NCBI RefSeq assembly: GCF_009914755.1 | Contig: NC_060947.1 | Origin: the human T2T-CHM13v2.0 reference genome, Homo sapiens | Length of the DNA stretch: 64,000 bases | Direction: 5' to 3' (one strand) | Shown: piece after piece, positions 26,370 to 44,249 of the stretch | Numbering within the stretch: position 1 is the first letter of the stretch | Layout: each line of letters begins with the position of its first letter | The notes under the pieces: model-generated | The model's input: the letters and a program-made list of their open reading frames with translations, nothing else | What the model was told of the DNA's origin: nothing | The model's database searches: none | Program-made: the position numbers and the translations under genes

Positions 26370-26875
26370 CTATTATGTTAATGCCAGAGGACATTCATTG
26401 ACAGAATGAAAGAGGCAAACTTGGAATGGGGAACTTACATTTGTTGAGGGTTTACTAGATGCCACATACTGTAGATTGTTACTTTCAGGCTTTTTCTCTT
26501 CAAATCCTCAAAGCAATGCTTTGAGGTCGGTACTATTACTTCTTTTCCATAGATGGGGAGATAGTCCATCCCAAAGAGCAAAGTAAATGCTCAAAAAATC
26601 CCAGAGAGGCATCAAATGGACACTGAGACCAATTTAAAGGGGGTTCCACTTGCCAATTCTGGGACTATTTGAGCATCAAAATATATAATGATGGTAGCAG
26701 ATGGTAACCCTTTGAGCCAACTAGAAATCTATGAGTTGTACTGATAAAAATACATGAATGAAAAATAAACAAGAAAGGAAAGCTCTATTCTAAAGTCAAA
26801 TCCAACTAATAATTCTAGAAAGAATAAAAGAATTGGAAAAGCAACACTTGCACCAAATCCCCCAGCAGTCACTGG

Positions 26876-26889
26876 GTCACCATGGTAAC
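26876..26889. promoter_or_regulatory. RFX X-box motif
   Basis: GTCACCATGGTAAC, a near-perfect palindromic X-box. Confidence 0.5.
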
Positions 26890-26966
26890 CATGTTGGCCA
26901 AAGAAAGCTGGGAAAAAGAAAAAATTACCCTGGTTTGTTTTTTAATATGTGCTAGGAACTGAATAG

Positions 26967-26968
<2 letters not shown>

Positions 26969-27012
<44 letters not shown>

Positions 27013-27096
27013 TTTTTTCTCTCTCTCTCTCACGCACACACACACACATACACACACACACACAGATATGCACGCACATGCTCTCTCTTTCTCTCT
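26969..27096. repeat. Compound (CT)n(CA)n microsatellite
   Basis: Seen directly. Confidence 0.95.
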
Positions 27097-27385
27097 CACC
27101 GCCCAGTAACCTATCTTATTTCTGTGTGGTCCCCCCCTAGATGGAATGTAACTCAAGGACACCCCCAGAGCAGGACATCACACTCACTGGGGCCAGGAGG
27201 GTCTACAAGGACCCATCTCTCTTCCTCGAGAGACATTGGACACTGAGCCCCAAAGCAAGAATGAGGTGACTTGGATCTGGGATCCCTTCATCTCCCCACA
27301 CCCCAGGGCGTTTTAGCTCCCATTGCGGGGCACTCGCACTTTCAGCTGAGACAAACACCTGAAGGCGAAACCCTGCTCTTCTTAC

Positions 27386-27461
27386 CAGGACACCAGGACA
27401 CGTTGGTCTCTATTAAAAATGTATCATGCTTGCCACAATTGTGTCAAATTTCTATGGCAAC
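27386..27461 (-). promoter_or_regulatory. Candidate promoter and non-coding first exon with X-box
   Basis: Minus strand GTTGCCATAGAAAT (27461-27448); donor CTG|GTAAGA at 27386/27385; local CpG retention. Confidence 0.5.
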
Positions 27462-28311
27462 CCAGATGCACTGGCTTTTCCTTCACAGTGGAAATGCCCC
27501 AGTATAGGCATTCCACCACTCTCCTTTTGCTGAAAGCGAAACACCTTTACTCTTCAGGATACAGACTGACAAAACTTACTAATTGAGAGGAACTAGGCTA
27601 GGACCCAGGCAATTGGCAGGACTCTGCCCAATTTAGTGCAACAAAACATGTCCCTGTAATCAAGAATTTTGTTTTCCTTAAAAAGAGACAGCGGTGGGGC
27701 AAAATAAAAAGAAAGAGAGAGGCAAAGATACAATAGGGGAGTATTACAAAGACCTAAGGAGGTATCCTATGACTCTTGGAGATACACTAGCCCTCTGATG
27801 GGTGAACAGGTAAAAATCACAGCAATCTGTGGCAATAAACTAAGAGACTACCTGTAATCATGTAACTCAATTATCTAGGAACACATGAAACTGATTGATG
27901 GTTTGATGGAGTCCCTCAGCAAACTCATCTTGCAACACAGAAATTGCCCCCAAATCTTCATTTGTTATGGAAATGTGTGTACCTTCTACTTTCTGATGCT
28001 ACATTTTCTGGTGGTTTCTATGGTACTTATGCTCTTTGGTTCACATCAAAGTCATCGCTTCTTTGAGAGGTAGGAGAAAGGTGGGCCAGGACAAACATTT
28101 GTTTCAGTCCTACCACATACCATCTACTCCATACAAGATTTTTCATTTTCACCTCACAAAGTTCTGTAAGATAAGTATCAGGGGTCCTGGTTTACAGATG
28201 ACCAAAGGCAGACTAACAGAGGCTAAGAAACAATTCCAGTAACATACATGAAGTAAAGGGCAGGAATGGGGCTCTAATTGTTGCCTTCATCACAATATAC
28301 CATTTATTCTC

Positions 28312-28457
28312 TCTCTCTTTTTTTTTTTTTTTTTTTTTTGTGGAGGACGGGGTCTCACTATATTGCCCAGGCAGGTCTCGAACTCCTGGGCTCAAGCTAT
28401 CCTCCTGCCTCTGCCTCCCTAAGAGCTGGGATTACAGGCATGAGCCACCGCATCCAG
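28312..28457 (-). mobile_element. FLAM/Alu left monomer with ~21-bp TSD
   Basis: CACAATATACCATTTATTCTC at 28291-28311 and 28458-28478. Confidence 0.9.
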
Positions 28458-28469
28458 CACAATATACCA

Positions 28470-28709
28470 TTTATTCTCAACAGAGGCAACATCGCCCCCA
28501 AGGGGCTAAAAATTAGTTCTTGAGGGTGTAAAGATCTTAGATAGAATCATGGTTTGTAGCCTTTCAAAAGATCACAGTATATAAACAGATATATTCTACA
28601 TCTCTGATATCAAACACTTTACGTTCTGTGGATGGGGCTATAATTAGAAAAAATTGTCTAAGAAGCCTCCATAAAGGGGATGAAAATGAAAGGAGGTTGA
28701 GAAACATTG
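28470..28709. mobile_element. hAT-Charlie MITE
   Basis: Terminal inverted ends TTCTCAAC...GGTTGAGAAACATTG. Confidence 0.55.
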
Positions 28710-29457
28710 TACATACCTAATGACCTCTTATGTAGGTGATGGGCCACAAGGGCTTAGAAACTGGTCACTTTACACTCCCTCATGGATGCTCACTACTAAA
28801 CAACCACTCTTGATGGTTGTGATGGTGGTGATGATGATGATGGAGATGAAATCCTGTCCCTTATGCCAAAATAACTGGGCGTGTCAGGATTATGTGAATT
28901 GAATGTTTTTGTAGGTGGTAGACAGGGTCTCAGTCAGAATAGATGTTTTCTCTGGGAAAGATAATCTAGAAGGTAGAATATTAATGTTTACAAAACTAAT
29001 GAGAGCAAGTGGTACTCTAAATTGTATCTTCTTTGATCTTTTGATTTATTCAATTTATGTGTAATTAAATCCGTAATTCAGATCAGAGTATAAGAAGCTA
29101 GAAAATAGTTAAGTAAATCAGAGAATCCTCTTTGTAAATGCCTGGTTTATAGTGAAAATTGGAATTACTCTCAGGCTTTTCCCAGTGTGTCCTGACACCT
29201 CCTTTCTCAATCTCCTTTCATTTTCATCCCCTTTATGGAGGCTTTTTAGACATTTTTTTAAATGCTCTAATTACCCTGGGTCATTGATGCTATCCAAGGT
29301 ACTGCTTTATTTTTTATACTGAACTGTATTACTTTAAAATTATATTAGTGTTAATTCAAAACACCTTCATATGGCAAAAAATCAGCAAAGCTTGTTTGAA
29401 AAAGCTAGAGTAAATATTTGCAGTTTATGTGGTGCTCTCACATTATATAACAAATGA

Positions 29458-29980
29458 TGTGGTAGGCAGCCTCTAAGATGACTCCTAATAATTCATACCT
29501 CCTAATATTCACCCCCTTTTGTAATTCTCTATCTTAGAGTGTGGGCTGATTAGTTAGTTGCTTCTAATAAATAGAATACCTGTGAAGTGATGGGATGTCA
29601 CTTCTGATATTAGTGTCAAAAAAGCTATGGCTTGGTTTTGGGTTCCCTCTCTTGGTCACTCTGAGGAAAGCCAGTTGCCATGCTGTATGTTGCCCATATG
29701 CAAAACGATTGATATTGTTGGCTAAAAATTGTTGAGGCTGTAAGGCCAGCAAATAGATGTGTGAGCCTGGAACTGGATCCTCACCCAATTGAGCCTTGAG
29801 ATGACTGCAGCCCCAGCCTATATCTTAACTGCCCTCTGTGAGAGACTCTGAGCCAGAGGCACCCAGGTAAGCCACATCCAGATTTCTGACCCACAAAAAT
29901 GATGAGATAATACATGTTTGTTATTTTAAGCTGCTTTTATTTTGGAGTATTTTGTTATGCATCAATAGGTAACTAATACA
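29458..29980 (+). mobile_element. MLT1 (E/F-like) solo LTR
   Basis: TGTGGTAGGCAGCCTCTAAGATG...TAACTAATACA. Confidence 0.85.
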
Positions 29981-30900
29981 TATAAAAACAGAATTCATGT
30001 TAAGAGCAATATACGCGTTCAATAAACATTTTAGATCTGTTTAGCTAATAAAATGTAAATGAAAATCTTGAGATATGTGATTCTAGATGAAAAAAGGCAA
30101 GTTGCAGAACCATATAAATAATATTATTTTAATATTGAAAAAAAGTATATATATTTTGCATATCTGTGACTATATGGTAATACTTCACCTCCAAAGAAAT
30201 GCATTCAGAAAACATGCAACAACCTATTGATACTGGACACCTTTGGGTCAGAGAGTGGGCATCATGCAGGAGGGAGACTCAGGGTAATTTCATTTTATAA
30301 ATATATATTTCTATATTGCTTGAAATTTTATAAATAAGAAAATATCAATTAAAATACAAATTTAAAAACAGAAATTACATTTAAACAGATTAAGAAATAA
30401 TGTACTCATGATTTTGTTGTTTTGGAAATATAAGCAAAGAACACCATTTTATTAAGAAAATAATCCAATTAAATGTTTTGACAATGTATCTGTATGGGTA
30501 TGTATCAGTGTGTGTTACTATTGCTGAATCTTGATATTATCCGTGTACTTCTATGTCTCAAACTCTATCACCCTAAATATTCATGGGCTTAGAGCCATGC
30601 TGATTGGGGTCAAATACACAATGCATCACTTTCTATGTATGCAAGCTTAGGCAAATCACTTAACCTTCCTCTCCCTCATTTTCCTTGTCTGTAAAATGAG
30701 GATGAACCAACTAACAGTGTAGTCGTGAGACAAATATGATTACTTGATCCCAAATATTAGCTAAATGTAATACTTTCATTTTTTGGGGGGGATTAGTTTT
30801 TTTGCAAGCCCTAAGAACTGTCATCTAGATGGCTGTTTATTGGCATTTACTCCTAGTAAATAAAGGGAGCCTACAAAATTATAAGGAAGGCGATATCTTA

Positions 30901-31296
30901 TTTTTTTATTTTTTTATTTTTATTTTTTATTTTTATTTATTTATTTATTTTTTATTATTATTGTACTTTAAGTTTTAGGGTACACGTGCACAATGTGCAG
31001 GTTAGTTACATATGTATACATGTGCCATGCTGGTGTGCTGCACCCATTAACTCGTCATTTAGCATTAGGTTTATCTCCTAATGCTATCCCTCCCCCCTCC
31101 CCCCACCCCACAACAGTCCCCAGAGTGTGATGTTCCCCTTCCTGTGTCCATGTGTTCTCACTGTTCAATTCCCACCTATGAGTGAGAACATGCGGTGTTT
31201 GGTTTTTTGTTCTTGTGATAGTTTACTGAGAATGATGATTTCCAATTTCATCCATGTCCCTACAAAGGACATGAACTCGTCATTTTTTATGGCTGC
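30901..31296 (-). mobile_element. Young 5'-truncated L1PA2/3 3' end
   Basis: PolyT tail followed by near-consensus L1PA 3'UTR; CTTATTTTTT on both flanks as likely TSD. Confidence 0.9.
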
Positions 31297-31399
31297 TTAT
31301 TTTTTTTAAATAAATATCATGACCATAATTGTACAGGCAAAGCAACAAAAGTGGTAAATATCTAAATAAATATAATATAGCATTTATCCCCATTTGTGA

Positions 31400-34300
31400 A
31401 TTTATTAAAATTTTTTAACCATTGAAAGAAAAATATGTAATATTGTTTGATGATATTTCAGTGAATGTAGTTAAGATACATAAGAAAACTAAAGCCTTAA
31501 GAGTGGAGGGTAAGGGACTCCATGATGTGGTAAGGTTGCTACATATCATTTGAAGTAGTAAAACACTAATTATATTGTGAAAAGTCAAATACTGTAAGTA
31601 GTTTTGGAGCAACCACTAAAAATATTATACAAAAAGATGTAGTCAAAATTAAAACAGAAAACTTAAATGAAGTATCAAATAATGTTCAAATAAGCTAAAA
31701 GAAGTAGAGAAATGGGAAACAGAGGAATGAAAACCAGAGGGGACAAACAGAAAACAAATAATAAAATGGTAGCCCTAAATCCAAATATTACAATAATTAT
31801 ATTAAATATAAGTGGCCTAAACACACCAATTAAATCAGATTATCTAGTTCTATCAATTTAGAGAAAGGAATATTGAGGTTTGACTAAATTGTGGATTGCT
31901 TTACTTCTTTCAGTTCTGTTTGTACTTCACGTTTTGCACTGCTGTTGTTTGATGTGTACACATTTAAGATTCCTGTGTCCTCTTGGTGGAGTTACACTTT
32001 TATAATTATGTAATAGCACTCTCTGTGTCTGGTAATTTCCTTTGCTCTGAAGTCTACTTTATGTGATTAAAATATACCCACCCATGCTTTCTATTGATAA
32101 ATTTTGCCTGGTATATCATTTCCATCCTTTTACTTTCCGACAACATATATCATTGTATTTGAAGTTAGTTTCTTGTGAAAAGCATCAAGTTGGGTCCAGG
32201 AGTTTTTATTTGATCCACTCTACCAATCTCTTTTAATTGGTGGATTTAGACTATTTACATTTAATGTAATTTTTGATATGTAATGGCTTGTCTGTTATTT
32301 GTCTGTTTTTGTTTTCTGATTGTTCCCTGTCTTTTTCATTATTCTGTTTTCTTTTCTCTGATATATTGTGAACTACTTAACATATTTTATTTATTTATTC
32401 ATATTTTCCTGATCAAGGTATTTTTCTGTATTTTAAATTTTTTGTTGTATTTATTTTTATTGATATATCATAATTGTACACATTTGAGGAGTAACATTTG
32501 ATATTTTGATATACGTATACAATACATAAAATCAAATCAGGGTAATTGAGTTATCCATCACCTTAAATATTTCTCTTTTCTTTGTGTTGGAAACATTACA
32601 ATTCTTTTCTAGCTATTTTGAAATATACAATAATTTACTGTAAACTATGATTTCTCCATTGTACTACCAGACTTACTCTTTCCGTCTAAATGTATTTTTG
32701 TACCTATTAACCAATCAATCTTAATCTGTCTCCTCTCTTCCCTTCCTAGTCTCTGGTAGCCACCATTCTACACTCTACCTTCATGAGATTCAATTTTCTA
32801 GCTTCCACATATGGGTGAAAACATGCAGTATTTATCTTTCTGTGTCTGGCTTACTTCTCTTAACATAATGACTTCCAAGTTCATCCATGTTGTTACAAAT
32901 GACAGGATTTCCTTCTTTCTAAAGACTGAATAGTATTACATTGTGTATATATACAGCACATTTTCCTTGTCCATTCATCTACTTACAACCACTTAGATTG
33001 ATTCCATATCATGGCTGTGGTGAGCAGTGCTACAATAAATGTAAGAGTACAGATATCTCTTTGATATACTGATTTCCTTTCTTTTGGATGTAGCCCCAGT
33101 AGAAGGATTGCTGGATCATATTGTAGCTCCATTTTTAGTTTTTTGAGGAAATTTCATACTGTTTTCCATAATGGCTGTACTACTTTACATTGTCACCAAC
33201 AGTGTACGAATGTTCCCCTTTCTCTACATGCTTGCCAACATGTTATTTTTGTTTTGTTGCTAACACCCATTTTCTTAATACCTGTGATGAGATAATATCT
33301 CATATGTATAGATTTTTTGATGTATGTACATCAAAATTATTATATTTATGTATATGTATATATACACATATATAATATGTATCCCATCACTGTCTATTGT
33401 TGAAGTTTTACCAGTTCAAATGAAATGTACAAACCTTGCCACCCTTTACTTTTTACCATTTATATAGAATTGTCTAAAATATTTCCTCAATATACCTCAA
33501 GAACTACATCAAAGAATGTTATACTTTTTGCTTCATCTCTCAAATATAATTTATAAATTTCAAGAGGAGATGTAAGATCTATTTTTCTTTCATTTTTTGA
33601 TACTCCTTTCTGTTGTTCCAAGATGTCTTCTTTTCTCATTTCCTTTCTGCTTTAAAAGCCCCAATTAACCATTGTTTTAGGGTGCATCTGGTGACGATTT
33701 TTTTTTTTACTTTTCCTTAATATAAAAATATTATTATTTTCCTTCATTTCTGAAAGATAATTCAGGTGAATTTAGAGTTTGGGGTTCCAAATTCTTTTCT
33801 TTCACCACTTGAAAAATGTGCCTGACACTTCATTCAGGACTTCATTGTTTTTGATGAAGAATTTTTGTGGTTCAAATAATTTGTCTTCTATAGGTAATGC
33901 ATCATTTCTCTCCTCCTGCTTTCAAAATTTTTGTTCGCATTTAGTTTTCTGAAATTTGATTATGATTTGTCTTTCTGCAAATTTATTTGGATTTGCTCAG
34001 GTTCTTGAACCTCTAGGTTTGTGCCATTTGCCAGATTTGGAAGCTTTCAGCCATTATTTCATTGGATTTTTTTTTCACCTATACCCCTGTTCTCCTCTGT
34101 TTCCAAAAACATCAATGCTATAAATGCTGGATCTTTCTTACAGTCCCACAAGTCCCTGTGGTTTTGTTCTGTTTATTTTTGCTCTATTTTTTCTTTATTG
34201 TTCAGGTTGTATAATTTTCATAATCTATGTTCAAGTTGACTGATTTTTTTTTCCTTTGTCCTCTACATTCTGTTGAGCTCATTCACTGAGGTTTTGTTTG

Positions 34301-36135
34301 TTTTGTTTTACAGGGGGATCAGAAAGAGCTGCTTAATTATTTGATACTTACTTTTAAATGAAATTTTACACCCAAATAGTTTAAAGTATTAAACCATTCT
34401 GGGATTCTTATTTTAAAAACAGTTCCTACATCCCATTTATTTTTCTTACAGAAAATCTATATAACCATTTGTCACTTATTTTTTAATTAACAACTTTACT
34501 TTTAGAATAATTTTAGGTTCATAGCAAAATCAAACAAAAAGTACACAGAGCTCCCATATACTTCTTTTCCTTCAACACACACCCTCCCCTACCAATTAAC
34601 ATCCCACATAAGTGTGGTATATTTGTTACAATCAGCGAACCACCATTCACACCTTATTATCAATCAAAGTTCATTGTTTACATTAGGATTCACTTTTTTG
34701 TGTTCTGTGTTCTTTGGGTTTTAACAAATATATAATAACATGTGCCTACCACTATGTTATTATACAGATAGTTTCACTCCCCTTAAAGTCCCCTATGCCC
34801 CACCTAGTCAGTCTTGTTTTCCTCTAAACCCCCAGGAATCACTGATCTTTTAACTGTCTCCATAGTACTGCCTTTTCTGGAATGTCATATAATTGGGCTC
34901 ATATGGTATATAACCTTTTCATATTGTTTGATTTTACTTAGTAATATTCACTTAAAACTCATTCACATCTTTTAATGGCTTGATAGCCCCCTTCTTTTAA
35001 TTGCTGAATAATATTCCATTGTCTGGATGTATCAAAATTTATCCAATCACCTATTGAAGGATACCTTGGTTGCTTCTAAGTTTTGGTAATTATGAATAAA
35101 GCTGCCATAAATATTTGTGTGCAGGTTTTTGTGTGGATATAAGGTTTCAGTTCATTTGGGTAAGTAACAAGAAGTGTGATTACTGGAACATATGATAAGA
35201 ATATTTTCAACTTTGTAAGAAATTGCCAAACTGTCTTCCAAAGCGGTCATACCATTTTGCATTCTCACCAGGAATAAATGAGTGTTCCATTCCACATCCT
35301 CTCCTCCAGCATTTAGTGTTGTCATTGTTTTGGATTTTTGTCTTTCCATGAGGTATATCATGTTATTCCACTGTTCTAAGTTTCAATTCCCTAATGACAT
35401 ATGATGTTGAGTACCTCTTCATATGCTTATTTGCCATCTGCATGTCATCTTTCGGTGAGGTGTCTGTTCATATTTTTATGCCCATGTTTTAACCGGATTG
35501 TTCATTTTCTTATTTTTGAGTTTTAGCGTTCTTTGTATAGTCTGGATATTAGTCCTTTATTAGATAAGTGGTTTGCAAATATTTTTCCCAGATTGTGTCT
35601 TATCTTTTCATTTATTTGATCCATTGATATTTTACCTCTTCTTTTGTTTCTAAGTGCTTGCCCTTGTTAATTGCATTGCATAATGCCTCCCACACAATAT
35701 CAAATATCATAGGAGATAAGTTAGCATGTTGTCTTAACCTCGTCTTTAGCAGGAAAGCCTCTAGTTTTTCCCCTTTAGGCAAGAGTCTGGCTTTTTGACT
35801 ACAGTGTATATACACAGTCATGTTAAGAAAGTGTCCACTGATTTTTATTTTGTTGTGGTTTTTAAAACATGAATGAGTGTTGACGCTTTCAAATGCTTTT
35901 TTTTCTGCATCTCTGGAGATAATCATATAATTTTTCCTTTTGATTCTGTTATTATAACAGATCATGGTAATGGCTGTCCTGATATTGAAACACCTCTTTG
36001 TTCTTAGAATAAACTTCACAATGTCATGATCTACTTTTTTATGTGCTGTGGGATTGCTTGCTCTTTTACTTAAGAATATTTATGCATATTAATATATGAG
36101 ACTGTTCAGTAATTTTCATTTTTGATGCAATCATT
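31400..36135. mobile_element. Cluster of old L1M fragments, including L1MA 3' end (~32440-33270, -), L1MC 3' end (~34480-35610, -) and L1M ORF2 (~35610-36135, -)
   Basis: ORF 35612-36019 reads NYMIISRDAEKKAFE...GEKLEAFLLKT (L1 RT); recognisable 3'UTRs. Confidence 0.75.
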
Positions 36136-36139
36136 TTCA

Positions 36140-37440
36140 TGCAATCTCCTACTGGAAGCATTCCTCCCTTTGAAACTAAGATCTCTAGGAGAGCAGAGCA
36201 TAAGGTCACATTGACAGGAAGCAAAAATTTTAATATTCAGTTGCTAGGGATAATAGTGAGTGGTGCGATTCCCATTTCCATGCCTTTATTTCTGGACCCA
36301 TTATTTCTGGCTATGAGAGAAAAGGCACCATATATTGGAAACTGATTCAGAGTACATACAGCTTCCTGGAGAACCTTGTTTCAGCCCTGCAAGATATTGA
36401 CACCTAGCAGAGTTTCCAAAAGGCCATTCTACCATTCCATTAAACTAGTTGCTTCAAGATGGTTGGGAACCATGGTAAGACCAGTGAATTCCATCAGCAC
36501 AGGACCATTGCCACACCTCTTTTGCTGTGATGTGAGTTCAATGATCAAAAGAAATGTATGGAATATCATGATTATCAATAAGACATTCTCCATAAGTCCA
36601 AAGATGGTGATTTTGGCAGAAGCATGCCATGCAGGGAAGGCAAATATGTTTCCAGAATAAGTGTCAATACCAGTAAGAACAAAATATTTTCCTTCCATTA
36701 TAAAAGTGGGCCAATGTAATTAACTTGTCAGAAGGTTGATCACCCTGGAGAACGGTGTCATATTGGGGATCCAGTGTTGGTCTTTGCTACTGGCAGATTG
36801 TGCACTCAGCAGTGGCCACAGGCAGGTCAGCCTTGGCAAGTGGAAGTCCATGATGTCAAGCCCATGCAGAATCTCCAACCTTGCCACCATGGCCACTGTT
36901 CTTTGAGCCCATTGGGCAATAACAAGGTTGGCTAGGGAAACAGAGTGGGTTATCCTATGCACTTGATTATTTAAATGCTCCCCTGTTGAGTACACCTTGA
37001 ATGCATGCAAATTTTGTCAAATATACCTTAATAAAGCTGAACAAATATAAAAAAAGATTCTCCTCTACTGAAGTTACCCTTTGTTGAGCATTCACATGAG
37101 ACACAAATATATTCATGCCTTTTGCCCATTTAGAGAGGCCTATCCACATGCCTCTTTCCCCAATTTCCCTGTCACCAGTTTTCCAATTATGTTTCTTCCA
37201 AGTCCCTAACAGTCTAGACAAACTATTGGCCAGAGCCCATAAATTGGCATTATCATATATCAACCCATTTTTTCCTTCCAAGCAAAATGACCAACTAGGT
37301 GCACTGCTCAAGTTCTGCCACCAGGAAGGATGTCCCTTCACCAGTGTCCTTCAGAGACATTCTAGAAAGGGGTTAAAGTACTTCAGCTCTTCACTTCTGG
37401 GTGTTGTCTTCATATTATGCAGAATCAACTGGAAATTAAA
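36140..37440 (-). mobile_element. ERVL internal pol remnant (RNase H, integrase)
   Basis: FVLTGIDTYSGNIFAFPA (integrase); WALANSL...WK...IFVSHVNAQQ (RNase H). Confidence 0.85.
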
Positions 37441-38010
37441 CCCAACTCTGGTTAATGGATACAAAACTGTATATACATACACACGCACACACAGACACAA
37501 ACACACACATAATATATATATATATATACACACACACATTTACTACAGTCATGCATCACTTAACAATGGGAATATATTCTGAGATATGCATTGTTTGGTG
37601 ATTTTGTCATTGTTTGAACATCACAGAGTGTACTTACACAAACTTGGATGGTATAATCCACTACACACCTAAGCTATATGGTATAACCTATTGCACTTAG
37701 GCTATAAACCTGTACAGTATTTTACTGTACTGAACACCATAGGCAGTTGTAACACAGTGGTGTTTGTGTATCTAAACATATATCAACATAGAAAAGATGC
37801 AGTAAGAATACAGTATAAGAGATTTTTTAAATGGCAGACCTGTATGGTGCACTTACGAAGAATAAAGCTTGCAAGACAGGAAGTTGCTCTGGGTGAGTCA
37901 ATGAGTGAGTGGTGAGTGAATGTCAAGGCCTAGGACATTACCGTACACTACTGTAGACTTTATAAACACTGTACACTTAGGCTATACTAAATTTATTTAA
38001 AATTTTTCTT

Positions 38011-38890
38011 ACCACAATGAGATATATCACTTCATTTAGAATGGCTATTATCAAAAAGACAAAAAATAACAAATGCTGATGAGGATGCAGAGAAAAGGGA
38101 ACTCTTGTACACTGTTGGTGAGAATGTAAATTAATTAGTACAGCCATTATGGAAAACAATGTGGTGGTTTCTCAAAAAACTAAAAATAGAACTAGAATGC
38201 TATTCAGAAATCTCTCTCCTGTATATTTATCCAAAGGAAAAGAAATCAGTGTATCACAGGGTTACCTGCACCTCTATGTTTATTGCAGCACGATTCACAC
38301 GAGCTAAGATATGGAGTCAACCTAAATGTTCTTCAACAAACAAATAGATAAGGAAAATGTGGTATATATTGACAGTAAAATGCTATTCAGAGATTTAAAA
38401 AAAAAACCTGTAATTCTGGGCAACATGGAGCCTGGAGAACATTATGTTAAGTAAAATGTCAGGCACAGAGAGATAAAGAGATAAATACTGCATGTTCTCA
38501 CTAACATGTGGGAACTAAAAAATGAAATCATAGATGTAGAGAGTAGAACTTTCAGTATTAGGGTATGGGAAGCATAGGGGAAAGGGAGGATGGGAACGGG
38601 TTGGTTAATGGTTACAAAATTACAGCTAGAGAGGAAGAGTGAGTTCTGGTGTTCTGCAGCAATGTAGGGTGAATATGGTTAACTATAATTTATTGTATAT
38701 TTTCAAAAAGCTAGAAGAGGGGATTCCGAATGTTCATAACACTAAGAAATAATACATGTTTGAGGTGGGTAATATATATGCTAACTATCCTGATTTGATT
38801 ATTACATATTATGTATACATATCAAAACATCATTCTGTATCCCATAAATAAGTATAATTATTACATATCAACTAAAGTTAAAAGGAAAAA
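38011..38890 (+). mobile_element. L1MA 3' end
   Basis: ORF 38159 WWFLKKLKIEL...CTSMFIAA; L1MA 3'UTR. Confidence 0.85.
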
Positions 38891-39110
38891 CTTTTTCTTT
38901 CTTGATAATAAATTAACCTTAGCTTACTGTAACTTTTTTACTTTATAAATTTTTAATATTTTTTAAGTTTTTGACTCTTGTAATAACACATAACTTGAAA
39001 AACAAATGCATTGTACAGCTATAAAAATATGTTTTTCTTTATATCCTTATTCTGCAAACTTTCTTTTATTTGTGATTTTTAAATTTTTTAAAATTACTCT
39101 TAAAACTGTC

Positions 39111-39406
39111 TTTTTTTTTTTTTTGAGATGGAGTCTTGCTCTGTCACCCAGGCTGGAGTGCAGTGGCGCGATTTCAGCTCACTGCAAGCTTCGCCTCCTG
39201 GGTTCACGACATTTTCCTGCCTCAGACTCCCAGTAGCTGGGACTACAGGTGCCCACCACCATGCCCGGCTAATTTTTTTGTATTTTTAGTAGAGACGAGG
39301 GTTTCACCGTGTTAGTCAGGATGGTCTCGAGCTCCTGATCTCGTGATCCTCCCGCCTCAGCCTCCCAAAGTGCTGGGATTACAGGCGTGAGCCACCGTGC
39401 CCCGCC
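39111..39406 (-). mobile_element. AluY
   Basis: Y-type segments GCAAGCT, GGTTCACG and GTGTTAG.CAGGATGG. Confidence 0.9.
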
Positions 39407-39433
39407 AAAACTTTTTTGTAAAAAACTAAGACA

Positions 39434-43836
<4,403 letters not shown>

Positions 43837-44249
43837 AGGAATTGGCTCAGGTGATTATGGAGCCCGAGAAGTTCAAGATCTGTAGTGGGCAAGCTGGAGG
43901 CCCAAGAGAACAAGTGAAATATTTCCATTCTAAGTCTGAAGGACTGAGAATCAGGAAAGCCAAAGGCGTACATTCCCATCTGAGTCTGAGTCCAATGGCA
44001 GGAGAAGATTGATGTCCCTGTTTAAAGACAGTCAGGCAAAAAAAGATTTATTAGCCTTTTATTCTATTCTGGCCTTCGAAAGACCAGATTAGGCCCACCC
44101 ATACTGGGGACAATTTGTTTTACTCAGCCTACTGATTCAAGTGCTAATCTCATCCAGACTGTTCCTCACAGACACACCCAGAAATGTTTAATCAAATATC
44201 TGGGCACCCTGTGGCCCAGTCAAATTGACACATAAAATTAACTGTCACA
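43837..44249 (-). mobile_element. MLT2 (ERVL) LTR, 5' part
   Basis: CAAATTGACACATAAAATTAACTGTCACA is the reverse complement of the MLT2 start. Confidence 0.8.

Larger units (their letters stand above)
37544..39433 (+). mobile_element. Tigger3b-like DNA transposon, split by L1MA and AluY
   Basis: TA|CAGTCATGCATCACTTAAC end; resumes AATTAACCTTAGCTTACTGTAAC at ~38910. Confidence 0.8.
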
